IMG/VR virus record: IMGVR_UViG_3300038429_000537
Span: 1-55,824 of that record
DNA length: 55,824 nucleotides
Source of the DNA: a virus
Lineage: Duplodnaviria; Caudoviricetes
Direction: 5' to 3' (one strand)
The notes beneath the pieces were generated by a model that saw nothing but the letters and a program-made list of their open reading frames with translations, made no database searches and was not told the DNA's origin. Shown here piece after piece: positions 29,285-37,826 of this stretch. Every line of letters starts with the position of its first letter. Position 1 is the first letter of the stretch. The position numbers and the translations under genes are program-made.

Positions 29285-31102
29285 ATGCCGACGATTGACG
29301 AAGCGGTAAACGCTAACAAAATTTATCAGGCTAACCTCGCGGCGCGACCTGCGCAGGCGGAGGCTGCTGCTCCCGTGTCACAAGTGGCGCCGATGCCGCC
29401 CGTCTCAACTAAAGTTTCGCTCCTTCCCTCGCGCGGAGTCTTTCCACCGGGGATTGCCAACAACAGCGCTGATTCGGACCTCAACCCGCCGAGCAGCATT
29501 CAGTCGAGCGTTCCGAAGATTCCTTCTAACCTCGGAACCCTCGTCATCGCCACCGGTACTTCACCGGCTACGCAGCAAGCTTCAGCTGGGACAACCGTAG
29601 CTCCAACTGCTGCGGCCGGCACGCCTAAGCAAGTGACTAATCTAGTGGTTACCGAAGTGCCGACCAAGTTGAACGGCCAGATGGTGGCGGTGGTTACCGC
29701 TACGTGGCTGCCAGCCTCGGGAGATTCCCTTTACAGCTTTGCCCAAATTTGGGTAACCGGCTACCACTCGGTCACCGGGGCACAACTAGTGGCGAGTGGT
29801 TCTTCTCCTTTGACCTTCAGCATGGATGCCACGGACGAAACGGTTACGTTTTACGCGGTGGCCTGTTCAGCCTCCGGTTTGAAGACTTCAACCTCCGGGG
29901 CGCCCACCGCATCCTGTGTTTTGTCGCCTACGACGGGCACGCCACCGGCCCCTACCGTCACAGTGCCCCTGGCGGCGGTGCCGACCGGTTACCAGTTTAC
30001 GTTTGCGTTCGACACGGGCATTCTGGGCAACATCATTCAGTGCTACAACGTCTACCGTAATACGTCAAACACGGTGGTGGGAGCCACGTTGATTCGCACG
30101 GTGCCGCAGCCGCAAACCAACACGGGTAGCTACGTGTTCCAGGACAACGTGGGGGTGCTGACGGCACAAACCTATTATTACTTCGTTTCTTGTGTGGATG
30201 TCAACGGTGCGGAGTCGGCCGCGACGGCAGCGCAGTCTGGCGCAGTGTCGACCGCTACGACGATCAATAACGTGCCGGATGGAACGACGAAGTTCGGTGA
30301 GACGGCGGGCAGCATCACCTACCGCCCCTTGACGAACATGTTGACGGCGACGGACGCCGGATCAAGCGCCACGATCAACGTTACTTCCTTTACGATGCGG
30401 ACGGTTGAGAAGGGTGACGTCGTCGTCAACACCGGCAGTATAACGGCTCTATCCTACGCTACGCTTTACTACGTTTATTATGACGATCCAACCGTAGCGG
30501 GTGGAGCGGTAGCCTACGCGGCGACGACGGTCAAGGCCACGGCGATCAACGGCACCGGCCGATTTTACGTAGGTAGCATCGTTACCCCGCCCGCAACGGG
30601 ACCGAACACGGTGGGCAACAACGACGGTGGCGCGGGGGTTCAGGTTGGTTCAACTCAAATTTTTCTCTTTGGTGCGACGGCAAATAATTCTGTAGCCGGT
30701 GCTACGACCAACAACCCGGATTATGCGATTGACGGCAACCTGGCCGATTACGCCGAGGTAATTGGCTCGACGAGCTCAACGGGTAACTACACCTTTACTC
30801 TGTCAGCGCCGAGTCCAACCTCAGCACCCTGGTCTTCACTGGTATTGAACATTCGGTCGGCGGTTACCGCTAATGATTCAGACACCGTAATTAAATTAGC
30901 TTATGGGACGGAGGGTGGTGCCGCGACCAACACGGTTTATTCTCTTACCGGCACCACTCGGGCCTTGACTACCGACTCATTTACCCTGTCCAACAGTCAA
31001 AATCTAGCTTTAATCACCGTGGTACTTTCAATCAAACGAACCTCGTCGTCAAATGCGGGCCACGCGTTGTTATACGAAGCGTGGATCGTAGGGCTACAGT
31101 AA
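29285..31102 (+). CDS. tail-associated protein with fibronectin-III-like domains
   Basis: YNVYR...YYYFVSCVDVNGAES Fn3 pattern; Thr/Ser/Ala-rich. Confidence 0.7.
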   Translation: MPTIDEAVNANKIYQANLAARPAQAEAAAPVSQVAPMPPVSTKVSLLPSRGVFPPGIANNSADSDLNPPSSIQSSVPKIPSNLGTLVIATGTSPATQQASAGTTVAPTAAAGTPKQVTNLVVTEVPTKLNGQMVAVVTATWLPASGDSLYSFAQIWVTGYHSVTGAQLVASGSSPLTFSMDATDETVTFYAVACSASGLKTSTSGAPTASCVLSPTTGTPPAPTVTVPLAAVPTGYQFTFAFDTGILGNIIQCYNVYRNTSNTVVGATLIRTVPQPQTNTGSYVFQDNVGVLTAQTYYYFVSCVDVNGAESAATAAQSGAVSTATTINNVPDGTTKFGETAGSITYRPLTNMLTATDAGSSATINVTSFTMRTVEKGDVVVNTGSITALSYATLYYVYYDDPTVAGGAVAYAATTVKATAINGTGRFYVGSIVTPPATGPNTVGNNDGGAGVQVGSTQIFLFGATANNSVAGATTNNPDYAIDGNLADYAEVIGSTSSTGNYTFTLSAPSPTSAPWSSLVLNIRSAVTANDSDTVIKLAYGTEGGAATNTVYSLTGTTRALTTDSFTLSNSQNLALITVVLSIKRTSSSNAGHALLYEAWIVGLQ

Positions 31103-31113
31103 GGAAGGGCAAG

Positions 31114-31398
31114 ATGAAAACACTTAAGATCAACGAGACTGAAGTTGCTTGCACCCACGAGGTGAAGGTTGATGAAAAGACCCATCACACTTCAATCTGT
31201 GTAACAGTTAAGGCCGGTGACGGGCCTGACACGGTGGAGCTAACACAGGTAATGACCATCGGCAGTGAAGATGAGCCTCTTCCCGCAAACTATGATACTG
31301 TGGCAGCGCAAAAAGATCTTGACGTTTTTCGCCTTAAGCATGCCACTTTGGCTGAGTCTAGGTTGCGCGCCAAGAAACTGGCCCAGACCCTGGAGTAA
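31114..31398 (+). CDS. hypothetical protein
   Basis: AAGGAAGG RBS; ATG 31114. Confidence 0.7.
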   Translation: MKTLKINETEVACTHEVKVDEKTHHTSICVTVKAGDGPDTVELTQVMTIGSEDEPLPANYDTVAAQKDLDVFRLKHATLAESRLRAKKLAQTLE

Positions 31399-31402
31399 TT
31401 TT

Positions 31403-32266
31403 ATGCCTGGTGAAAAGACTTTCGACAGTGGCCACGTCATCGTTCCGGTTCGCCACCCGGACACCGGTGAGATGCACCACATCGCGGTGCCACCGGACAC
31501 GGACATGGGTGACTTTCACAGTGCGCTGATGGACGCAGGCTACGCTAAGGCGGCCACCTGGGCCGGGGACGCGCCGGGTCTCGTTACTCCTGGAAACCTC
31601 CATCTCTACAACCGTCCTGCCCCCGCGGTTACGAGTTTTGACGACAACGGAAAAACAGTCCTAGTTCCCAAAACGATCGATGGTGAAACGCTGTCCGACC
31701 AAAGTGCCATGTATCGATACTACCGCACCGGGGAACACCTCGGCGTCTTCGAGTCTCCTGAGCACGCCGCTGCTTACGCGCAGCAGTTACACGAAGATTA
31801 CGCTGCCGGCAAGTACAACCGGCCGACGGCCGAGGGTTCCCAGGAACACACTAAAGAGTTCAAGGACAACGCTCGGCGCTTGTGGGCCCTAGCGGGTGGT
31901 CCCAACTCTCGCGCCGAGGCGGGAAACTTCTTGGACTGGAACGCCAAGTTTTCCGAACCGGTAGTGTCAAAGAATCTCGAAAGTGGTCAGGGGCAGATTA
32001 GCTTCGGTCCGCGACCTCCGGGTGCCGAGTCGGTGATTCACACTCACCCGCGAACGGGTGGTCCTTCGGAGCAAGATAAGGCCACCGCTAAAGAGAATCG
32101 GATCAACGTTTACGTCGTCGACGCTGACGGACTGCACCTAGTCGAACCCGACGGGAAGATCACGAAAGTTTACGACGCCGTGGGCGGGGCAACGGCCGAG
32201 ACGCCGAAGCCCAAACCAAAGTGGGTCCCCAAGTACGATCCTAAGACCGGTCACCGGCTTAATTAA
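31403..32266 (+). CDS. multidomain protein with a C-terminal JAB/MPN-like metalloprotease motif
   Basis: E...IHTHP....SEQD...YVV; GGAG RBS before ATG 31403. Confidence 0.7.
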   Translation: MPGEKTFDSGHVIVPVRHPDTGEMHHIAVPPDTDMGDFHSALMDAGYAKAATWAGDAPGLVTPGNLHLYNRPAPAVTSFDDNGKTVLVPKTIDGETLSDQSAMYRYYRTGEHLGVFESPEHAAAYAQQLHEDYAAGKYNRPTAEGSQEHTKEFKDNARRLWALAGGPNSRAEAGNFLDWNAKFSEPVVSKNLESGQGQISFGPRPPGAESVIHTHPRTGGPSEQDKATAKENRINVYVVDADGLHLVEPDGKITKVYDAVGGATAETPKPKPKWVPKYDPKTGHRLN

Positions 32267-32284
32267 AAGGAAAGAGGAAACTTT

Positions 32285-32725
32285 GTGATTGATCAGCCCA
32301 CGTTTTGGCAATTAGTTGAGTCGCACGTCCCAACGGTCGGCTGGTCGCTCGTCGGTGCCTGTGCCGTTTTTTGTCTTCGCCTCGCTTGGCGCGCCCGAGG
32401 ACACCTTGATCACTACGTAACTCAACAGCAAGTAGCCCACGACTTAGCCACCAAAACCTTAGCCGAGGTTGAAGCGGCAAAGCAAACAGCTTTGACAACC
32501 GTGGCCGAAGCCCAAGCTCACGGCGCCGCTAAGGCCAACGAGATCCTCCAGCAGGTGGGTGAACTCAACAACAATCACTTAGGACACATCGAGACCGGTA
32601 TTCAAACGTTAAACGATACCCAAGAGCGGTTGATCGACATGCAAAAACGGCACCTCGAGGTTGCTAGTGACATGAAAGAATCGTTGGCGATCCTACGGGA
32701 TCGTAGCAGCAGAGGAAGGAAGTAA
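32285..32725 (+). CDS. single-TM coiled-coil protein (holin/haemolysin-like, putative)
   Basis: N-terminal TM segment, coiled coil, NNHLGHIE. Confidence 0.55.
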   Translation: MIDQPTFWQLVESHVPTVGWSLVGACAVFCLRLAWRARGHLDHYVTQQQVAHDLATKTLAEVEAAKQTALTTVAEAQAHGAAKANEILQQVGELNNNHLGHIETGIQTLNDTQERLIDMQKRHLEVASDMKESLAILRDRSSRGRK

Positions 32726-32726
32726 G

Positions 32727-33170
32727 ATGGCACACCAAGTGTGGATTCGTCCGTTTAACAAGGACACTGACGCGCGGTTGCTGGTCGAGTGGCTCTTTGC
32801 CGGCCGCGAGCAGAACCGCTTCGACCCCGAGCAGTTCAAGAAGGGCCAGGTGCGGGTGTTTACCGCGTTCGACGAAAGTGGTATAATTGGTTTCATTCCC
32901 GTTGCCCGTTGCTACCTCGTCGAGTCGCTAGCTTTCAAGCCCGGCCTGTCGCCCGTTACCGAGGCGCAGGCGCTGCAAGCGTGGCAGCGGGTGTTCGTTA
33001 ATGAGGCCTTCGAGACGAACACGAGCGACGCGTTCTTCGTCACTTACGATGAAACGGTTTTGGAGTTTGCCAGGCGCTACGGTTGGCGAGACGTGACGGT
33101 GCCGATGGTGAACTTACGCTTCGCGGAGCTGGAAGGAAAGCCGGAGGAGCAGCATGAAGATCACGATTAA
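32727..33170 (+). CDS. GNAT-like protein preceding the ejection proteins (putative)
   Basis: VFTAFDESGIIGFI...FARRYGW; position equivalent to T7 gp13/P22 gp14. Confidence 0.5.
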   Translation: MAHQVWIRPFNKDTDARLLVEWLFAGREQNRFDPEQFKKGQVRVFTAFDESGIIGFIPVARCYLVESLAFKPGLSPVTEAQALQAWQRVFVNEAFETNTSDAFFVTYDETVLEFARRYGWRDVTVPMVNLRFAELEGKPEEQHEDHD

Positions 33171-33864
33171 TCCCGTCCTCGACCTAGAAACGATGCGCTG
33201 GGTCTCGAACGACGGCACTTATGAATACGACGGTCCCGTCCTGCTCTTCGGCGGTCCGTCAGCTGAAAGTAAAGCTAACGAAGCAGCTCAAACTGCTTTT
33301 TACCAGCAAACAACCCAACAGCAACAGCAGATTTATGGGGAACAGCAACAGCTCTACAACACCGTCATCGGTGCCACGGCTCCGATCATCGCTAAGGGCC
33401 CCCAACAGTATGGGTACACACCCGAGGTCGACGCGTTGCTGCGCAGCACCATCACCGACACGGCCAACCAAGCCACGGCTAACGCAATTACCGGCACCCA
33501 ACTGCGTGAGCAGCAAAAGACGGGCGGCACGGACGTCCTGGGCACCGGCGGACAAGCACAGTTAGAAGCCCAAGCTAACGTCCTCGGTGAGCAGAGCAAG
33601 GCCAAGCAACTCTCGGCCGAAAAACTTTCGGGCTACCAAGCCGGCCAGCAGCTTTACTCCGAGGCCCTAGGCGCGCTCTCCGGCGTTACTGGCAACCCGA
33701 CGGCGTACACCTCGGCTGCTACTGGTGCCGGTCAAGGCGCGACGAGCGCGATCAACCTAGCCGACAGCGAGCGGTCGACGCTGCTGACCAGCCTGCTGGG
33801 TGGGGCGATCCAAGGTGGGTTGACGTTAGCGACGGGCGCTGCTAGTAAGGCGTTGGGAATTTAA
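33154..33864 (+). CDS. small internal virion/ejection protein (P22 gp7-like position)
   Basis: Gln/Ala/Gly-rich helical; leader ending YEYDGPVLLFGG; hydrophobic Gly-rich C-terminus. Confidence 0.65.
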   Translation: MKITINPVLDLETMRWVSNDGTYEYDGPVLLFGGPSAESKANEAAQTAFYQQTTQQQQQIYGEQQQLYNTVIGATAPIIAKGPQQYGYTPEVDALLRSTITDTANQATANAITGTQLREQQKTGGTDVLGTGGQAQLEAQANVLGEQSKAKQLSAEKLSGYQAGQQLYSEALGALSGVTGNPTAYTSAATGAGQGATSAINLADSERSTLLTSLLGGAIQGGLTLATGAASKALGI

Positions 33865-33865
33865 A

Positions 33866-34291
33866 ATGAAACGACTTGAAGCTTTAGCCGACGCTCTCGC
33901 GAAGATGAACGGGGCCCTCGACCCGCAGTTCGACGCCTACCAGCTCCGCAACCCGGGACTGTTGCGGGCGTTCTCACCCAAACACGCGCGTGACGAGAAG
34001 GGAAGAAGAATCTTTTCTTCACTGGTGGCGGGCTACGAGAACCTACTGCTTGACCTGCGGATCAAGTGCAGCGGGCAGAGTCGGGCGAAGTTGACCCCGG
34101 AGAGTCCGTTGGTCGATCTCATCACCACCTACGGCAACCCGGTGGCCGCGACCCGCTACGTCGTTAACTTCTTGCGCCACGCGTTGAAAGATGCTACGCT
34201 TCGTGAAGATGTGAAGCTTGGTTGGTTCTTAGAAGAAGAGGAGAAATCTCATGCCGGACCCGATTGTGCAACCGAACAACCCGCAGCCTAA
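33866..34291 (+). CDS. lysozyme-fold-like virion protein (putative cell-wall hydrolase)
   Basis: RNPGLLR...IFSSLVAGYENL...LVDLITTYG resembles NNPGN-type phage muramidase-like proteins. Confidence 0.45.
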   Translation: MKRLEALADALAKMNGALDPQFDAYQLRNPGLLRAFSPKHARDEKGRRIFSSLVAGYENLLLDLRIKCSGQSRAKLTPESPLVDLITTYGNPVAATRYVVNFLRHALKDATLREDVKLGWFLEEEEKSHAGPDCATEQPAA

Positions 34292-36248
34292 CGCTCCAAT
34301 TCCAACCGACGTGGCCCCGGGCGCTGCCCCCGACCTCGGTGGTGGTACGCCCGCTCAACCCACACCCGTCTCGGGCGGCGCGCCTGCGGGTCCGACCCAG
34401 CCTCCTCGGGAGACCTTCACCCAAGGTCTCGCTCGCGGTGGTGCGGGTGAGCGTTATGTTGTCGACGCTCAAGGCAACGTAACCAATGCCCGTACCACGA
34501 TGCCCTCCGGCAAGGGCATGTTCGGCAGCATTCTAGGCGGCGTGGTGATGGGTGCGCTAGCCGGCGCGCACGCCGCGCGGCCCGGTGGCATTCCGTCGCA
34601 CGAGTTGGGTGGTGGCGCAGGGCAGGGCGCCGAGGCTGCGGCGGAGATGCTGAAGCAGCGCGACGAGCGGGCTCGTGGTCAAGCGCAGCAGAACTTCCAG
34701 AACCAACAGGTGGCCAAGAAGCAGCAGAACGAGGACCTGATGTACCAGGCTGACCTGCACATCAAGGACCTCAACCAAATCAAGTTGGCCCACGAGATCG
34801 CCGAAGCGCAACGCAACGAGCCCTTCACGCACGCCCAGTTGGTCAACTCGGCCACGGCGGCGAGCCTTCAGTTGGAGAACGAGGCTAAGAACCTCGGGCT
34901 GATCAACCCGCGGGAGTACGCTGACTACTCGGAGATTCCCAAGGCGGACCAGGATAAGTTCGTCCGGGGCCAGGTTAAGCTCGTCACCCTGCCCGACGGT
35001 AAGGTTCGGGTTTACGACCGCACCTTCGACGCGCGGACCACGCCGAACTCGGCCGACTTCGAGGTGAAGGACCTCGTCGGGCTCGACCCGAAGACCGGTA
35101 AGCCCGAGTGGAAGACCGTGGGTCACGTCAAGGCGGGTGCCGGTACGGCCGCGCAGCAGGAAGCTGAGCTCGACAAGGAGCGGACGCAGCTGCAAGCGTC
35201 GGCTACGAGCAACGCGACCATCGAGAAGGAAAAGGCCCAGGCTGAGCAGGCCGGCGCTGCTGCCGAGCTAAGTCGCTCGCAGGCTAAGTTGATGAAAACG
35301 ATGGGCGTGGACGTACCGCCGGGCTATCGGCCACCGGCCGACGCCTTTAAGATGGACGCTACGACGCTACAGAGTGAGATTACCAAGTCGGGTGTGACTG
35401 CTCCGCCTGACTTCCAGACGCTCTACGCGATCGGGCACTACGACGCTGACCTCAAGACGCTGACCACCAACCCACGGAAGGGCATGCCGGTCCGTGACCA
35501 GAATTCGGCGTTAAGTTACATTCGGACGTTCGTCAACCCGAACTACGACGCGAAGAACTACGACGCGGTGAAGAACATGGAGAAGGAGTTCGCCTCCACT
35601 CGGCAGGGCACGGCGGGCGGCAACCTACTCAGTTTCAACGCGGCCATCGGCCACCTCGGACAGTTGTACAAGGCCTCACAGGCGTTGCAGAACCAAAACC
35701 TGACCTACCTGAACACTCTAGCTAACCAGGTGGGTGCTAAGACCGGTAAGGACCCGCTGCCCGTTTACAACGCGGTTCGTAGTGTGTTGGTTGGTGAAGC
35801 CGCGCGGTTGTTCAAGCAAGCCGCACCGGACATCCAAGAGATGAAGGAGATCAGCACCGCGCTCGACAGCTCAAATAGCCCTGACCAGTTTAAGGGCGTG
35901 GCCGGCATGTTCGCCCACACCTTCTTGACGAAGGGTGAGCAACAAATCTGGCAGTACTACAACTACACGGGTAAGCTACCACCGTCAACCTTCAACCCCA
36001 ACACGGTTAAGACGCTGCAGGACCTGGGTATCGACGTGTCGAAGTCGTTTCCCGAGGGCGCGCAGGTCGCGGTCGGCGGGACAGCTAACCAAGCGGTACG
36101 ACAGCTCGGTGCCTCGGCTGCCGGCGGCGGACAGTTGAAGAACTTACACACCAACGGTACGGTCACCATCGGGCAGAACGACGCCGGGCAGTGGATCGAC
36201 CAAGCTACGGGCCAGCCTTACGTAGCACCTACCGGAGGGAGAAAGTAA
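34251..36248 (+). CDS. internal virion/ejection protein
   Basis: 665 aa; Pro-rich N-terminus, Gly-rich hydrophobic segment, Gln-rich coiled coils; GAGGAG RBS. Confidence 0.7.
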   Translation: MPDPIVQPNNPQPNAPIPTDVAPGAAPDLGGGTPAQPTPVSGGAPAGPTQPPRETFTQGLARGGAGERYVVDAQGNVTNARTTMPSGKGMFGSILGGVVMGALAGAHAARPGGIPSHELGGGAGQGAEAAAEMLKQRDERARGQAQQNFQNQQVAKKQQNEDLMYQADLHIKDLNQIKLAHEIAEAQRNEPFTHAQLVNSATAASLQLENEAKNLGLINPREYADYSEIPKADQDKFVRGQVKLVTLPDGKVRVYDRTFDARTTPNSADFEVKDLVGLDPKTGKPEWKTVGHVKAGAGTAAQQEAELDKERTQLQASATSNATIEKEKAQAEQAGAAAELSRSQAKLMKTMGVDVPPGYRPPADAFKMDATTLQSEITKSGVTAPPDFQTLYAIGHYDADLKTLTTNPRKGMPVRDQNSALSYIRTFVNPNYDAKNYDAVKNMEKEFASTRQGTAGGNLLSFNAAIGHLGQLYKASQALQNQNLTYLNTLANQVGAKTGKDPLPVYNAVRSVLVGEAARLFKQAAPDIQEMKEISTALDSSNSPDQFKGVAGMFAHTFLTKGEQQIWQYYNYTGKLPPSTFNPNTVKTLQDLGIDVSKSFPEGAQVAVGGTANQAVRQLGASAAGGGQLKNLHTNGTVTIGQNDAGQWIDQATGQPYVAPTGGRK

Positions 36249-37826
36249 ATGCCGAACGACACGCTGACCGCGCCTCCGCCGGGCTTCACGCCCGTCGCAA
36301 CTAACGCCGCACCCCCGCCGGGTTTTTCGCCGGTGGAGGACAAGGGTGATTTAACCGACCCGAACAACCCGAACAACCCGAACTTCGTCCCGCCCCCGGC
36401 GCGATTAGGTGTGGGCATCGTCAAGGAGGCCGGGAAGACCCTCGGTGGCGCCACCAGTTTAATCGGTGAAGCGTTGAATAAAATTCCCTACGTCGGTGAG
36501 ACCTTAGCGCCGAGCGCCGGGCTCGAGGCCGAGAAGAAGTGGCTGGCCGAAAAAACCCAACTCGCTACCCCTGGTGAGAAGGTTGGCGCTGTAATCGAGC
36601 AAGGCGCCGAGTGGATGGGCGGTGACGCGGCCCTCAAGGCGTTGGGTAAGCTCGGCGCGGTAGCTAAGAACGCACCGGAACTGTTGGAGATCGCCGAGAA
36701 GTATCCCGTGTTGACGAAACTCTTCCTCGGTGGTGGCAAGGGCGCCGTGATCGGCGGCACTCAAGCCGGGGTGAAAGCTGAAGCTGAGGGTAAGGACGTC
36801 GGTAAAGCAGTAGCGGGCGGTGCTGCCGGCGGGGCCGCGGGCGGCGTCATCGGTGAGGCTGTTCCCCTGGCTGTCGAGTCAAAGATGGCCCGCAGTTGGA
36901 TCAACCGCAGCGTAGGCGCCGCGGCTCGTGACGTAACCTACGGCAATCCCGCTAAGGGAATACTGGACGAGGACATCAAGGCCATTACCACCGGTGACAT
37001 CGAGCAGTACAAGACAGCCTTACGCTCGGGTAAAAGCATGGAAGAAGCAGCCCAAGTTGCCGGCGGGCGCATCGCGGCCGTCAACGGGCGCATCAACGAG
37101 CTAAAGCCGCAACTCGACGACCTACTAGAAAAGTCGACCGCTAAGATCTCGTTTAAGGACGTGGTGGACCAAACCATCTACGACGCTCGTAAAGACGTTC
37201 TCAACAACCCGGCGATGACCCAGGTCGAGAAGGACACAGCCGACAAGCAGCTCCAGGGTCTCTACGACGCCATTCGCGAGCAGTACTCGAAGACCAACCT
37301 CACGCCCGAGCAGGCCAACAGTTTGGCCAACGCCATCGGTGACCGCGTTTCTTGGGGTGGCACGGCTGCCGTGGGTGACGAGGTCAAGCCGCTCTATCGA
37401 AAGCTCTACGGCACGATCAAGCAAGCCGTACACGAGGCTGTGCCCGAGGCCGGACCGCTCGACGTGCGCATGACGAACCTGATGGCAGCGTGGAAGGACG
37501 TCATGCCGCTAGCGCGCAAGGAGGAGGTCGGCGCTGGAACGGGTGTTACGGCGGGCTTCGTGTGGGACGTGCTCCGTCGGTTCGAAGCTGAGGTGGGCCG
37601 GGTAATTCCTGCCGTGCGGGCCGCTGCGCGACCGGCAGCCGTGAAAGCCGCCGTCGGACTGGCGGGCGAGAAGGCTGGAACATCTCTATCAGAGGGTGGA
37701 GGATTACCTCCACTCTCTGATGGCTTTGTCCGCTTCCGCAGTTCGGTGGGTGGTATCCACGACGTGCCCCAGGAGAGTTTGGACCAGGCGAAAGGGATCG
37801 ATCCGGGACTGCAAGTGATTCAATGA
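36249..37826 (+). CDS. internal virion/ejection protein
   Basis: N-terminal PPPGF repeats; GxxxG-rich membrane-like helices. Confidence 0.7.
   Translation: MPNDTLTAPPPGFTPVATNAAPPPGFSPVEDKGDLTDPNNPNNPNFVPPPARLGVGIVKEAGKTLGGATSLIGEALNKIPYVGETLAPSAGLEAEKKWLAEKTQLATPGEKVGAVIEQGAEWMGGDAALKALGKLGAVAKNAPELLEIAEKYPVLTKLFLGGGKGAVIGGTQAGVKAEAEGKDVGKAVAGGAAGGAAGGVIGEAVPLAVESKMARSWINRSVGAAARDVTYGNPAKGILDEDIKAITTGDIEQYKTALRSGKSMEEAAQVAGGRIAAVNGRINELKPQLDDLLEKSTAKISFKDVVDQTIYDARKDVLNNPAMTQVEKDTADKQLQGLYDAIREQYSKTNLTPEQANSLANAIGDRVSWGGTAAVGDEVKPLYRKLYGTIKQAVHEAVPEAGPLDVRMTNLMAAWKDVMPLARKEEVGAGTGVTAGFVWDVLRRFEAEVGRVIPAVRAAARPAAVKAAVGLAGEKAGTSLSEGGGLPPLSDGFVRFRSSVGGIHDVPQESLDQAKGIDPGLQVIQ

Noticed and set aside
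24693-31102. Possible diversity-generating retroelement targeting the fibres
   Set aside because: No reverse transcriptase and no template/variable repeat pair seen in the window
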